Source: an uncultured Clostridium sp. | Lineage (GTDB): Bacteria > Bacillota > Clostridia > TANB77 > CAG-508 | DNA length: 64,000 nt | Direction of reading: 5' to 3' | Assembly: GCA_947367845.1 (NCBI GenBank) | Contig: CANBES010000001.1 | Coordinates: forward strand, 36,437 to 100,436 | Part shown: in pieces, positions 63,445-64,000 of the stretch | How positions within the stretch are numbered: position 1 is the first letter of the stretch | Layout: every line of letters begins with the position of its first letter | Position numbers and translations under genes: made by a program | Notes under the pieces: model-generated | Seen by the model: only the letters and a program-made list of their open reading frames with translations | What the model was told of the DNA's origin: nothing | Databases searched by the model: none

Positions 63445-64000
63445 TTATTCGTCTGTTTTTATAGCTAATCCTGTATTCTTTTTACTTAGATTAGGACTAA
63501 AGTATCTGTCTCCTTGAACATAATATTTGTTCCACTTTTGTTTGAAACTTTCTATTTCTCTCTCTTTTTGTTCATTATCTGCTAATTTATTAACACAGAA
63601 AGTTACTATTGGATTTATAACAACTTGTTTTCCTATTTCTTGCATTTTTAAAGAATAATCAATACTAATTAATCTTCCCGCATAGTCTGTTGTAAATCCT
63701 TTTACTTCTTCAAAAAATCTTTTGTTGATTAGAGCATATTTTGTATATACACAAGTAAGATTATGAATAATTAATAATCTTTGCATATATGTTCCTGCAT
63801 CTTTTGGTGCTCCTTTATATAAGAAGTCTCCTGCTCCATTCATTCCTAAAATAATTCCACTATGTTCTACCAAGTTATTTCCATTGTATAATTTTGTTCC
63901 AACAATTCCTACTGTTTCATCTTGGCAGATTCCTAGTAATTGTTCAATATAGTTTGGTTTATCTATTGTTTCTAGGTGTTTATCTATTATAATAAAGTAT
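63445..64000 (-). CDS. GT2 glycosyltransferase, 5' end beyond window
   Basis: The reading frame stays open to the window edge (…GTKLYNGNNLVEHSGIILGMNGAGD). Confidence 0.5.
   Translation of the reverse strand, partial: YFIIIDKHLETIDKPNYIEQLLGICQDETVGIVGTKLYNGNNLVEHSGIILGMNGAGDFLYKGAPKDAGTYMQRLLIIHNLTCVYTKYALINKRFFEEVKGFTTDYAGRLISIDYSLKMQEIGKQVVINPIVTFCVNKLADNEQKEREIESFKQKWNKYYVQGDRYFSPNLSKKNTGLAIKTDE

Overview
AT-rich (~28-30% GC) Firmicute/Clostridia-like chromosomal window. Positions 1 to ~30.1 kb are the right-hand part of an integrated siphovirus-like prophage, almost all on the minus strand. In order it contains: a head module (gpE-like capsid, gpD-like decoration protein, scaffold, MuF/gp7-like protein, SPP1-type portal, TerL/TerS); a ParB-domain plus two DNA methyltransferase cluster; a late regulator; a block of small accessory genes including a minimal MetK-like SAM synthetase, a HAD phosphatase, an HNH endonuclease and DUF1064; a replication/recombination module (replisome organizer with internal iterons, MBL-fold hydrolase, RecT-like protein, SpoVS/Alba-like protein, Gp157, SbcC/Rad50-like ATPase with zinc hook); a divergent Cro/CI switch; a membrane moron; and a large serine integrase at the right end next to an intact mreB. 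The left prophage end (tail, lysis, other att site) lies outside the window. Host DNA follows: tsaE-tsaB, a DUF2207-LemA pair, dCMP deaminase, obg, trpS, a GH13 amylase, surface and cell-wall proteins (a cadherin-like anchored protein, a GH73-SH3b-dockerin glucosaminidase, a ricin-lectin-GH73 giant protein), then a ~20 kb rhamnose-containing cell-wall polysaccharide locus (gtrA/gtrB-like, rfbBCAD, five GT2, Wzx, an acyltransferase, a GT2-GT4 fusion). Four genes show clean frameshifts (MetK-like, replisome organizer, cadherin-like surface protein, lectin-GH73). One of these is a 7-bp tandem duplication. Two small GC-rich dispersed palindromic repeat families occur, and one copy sits inside the tsaB CDS. 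No rRNA, tRNA or CRISPR array was seen.
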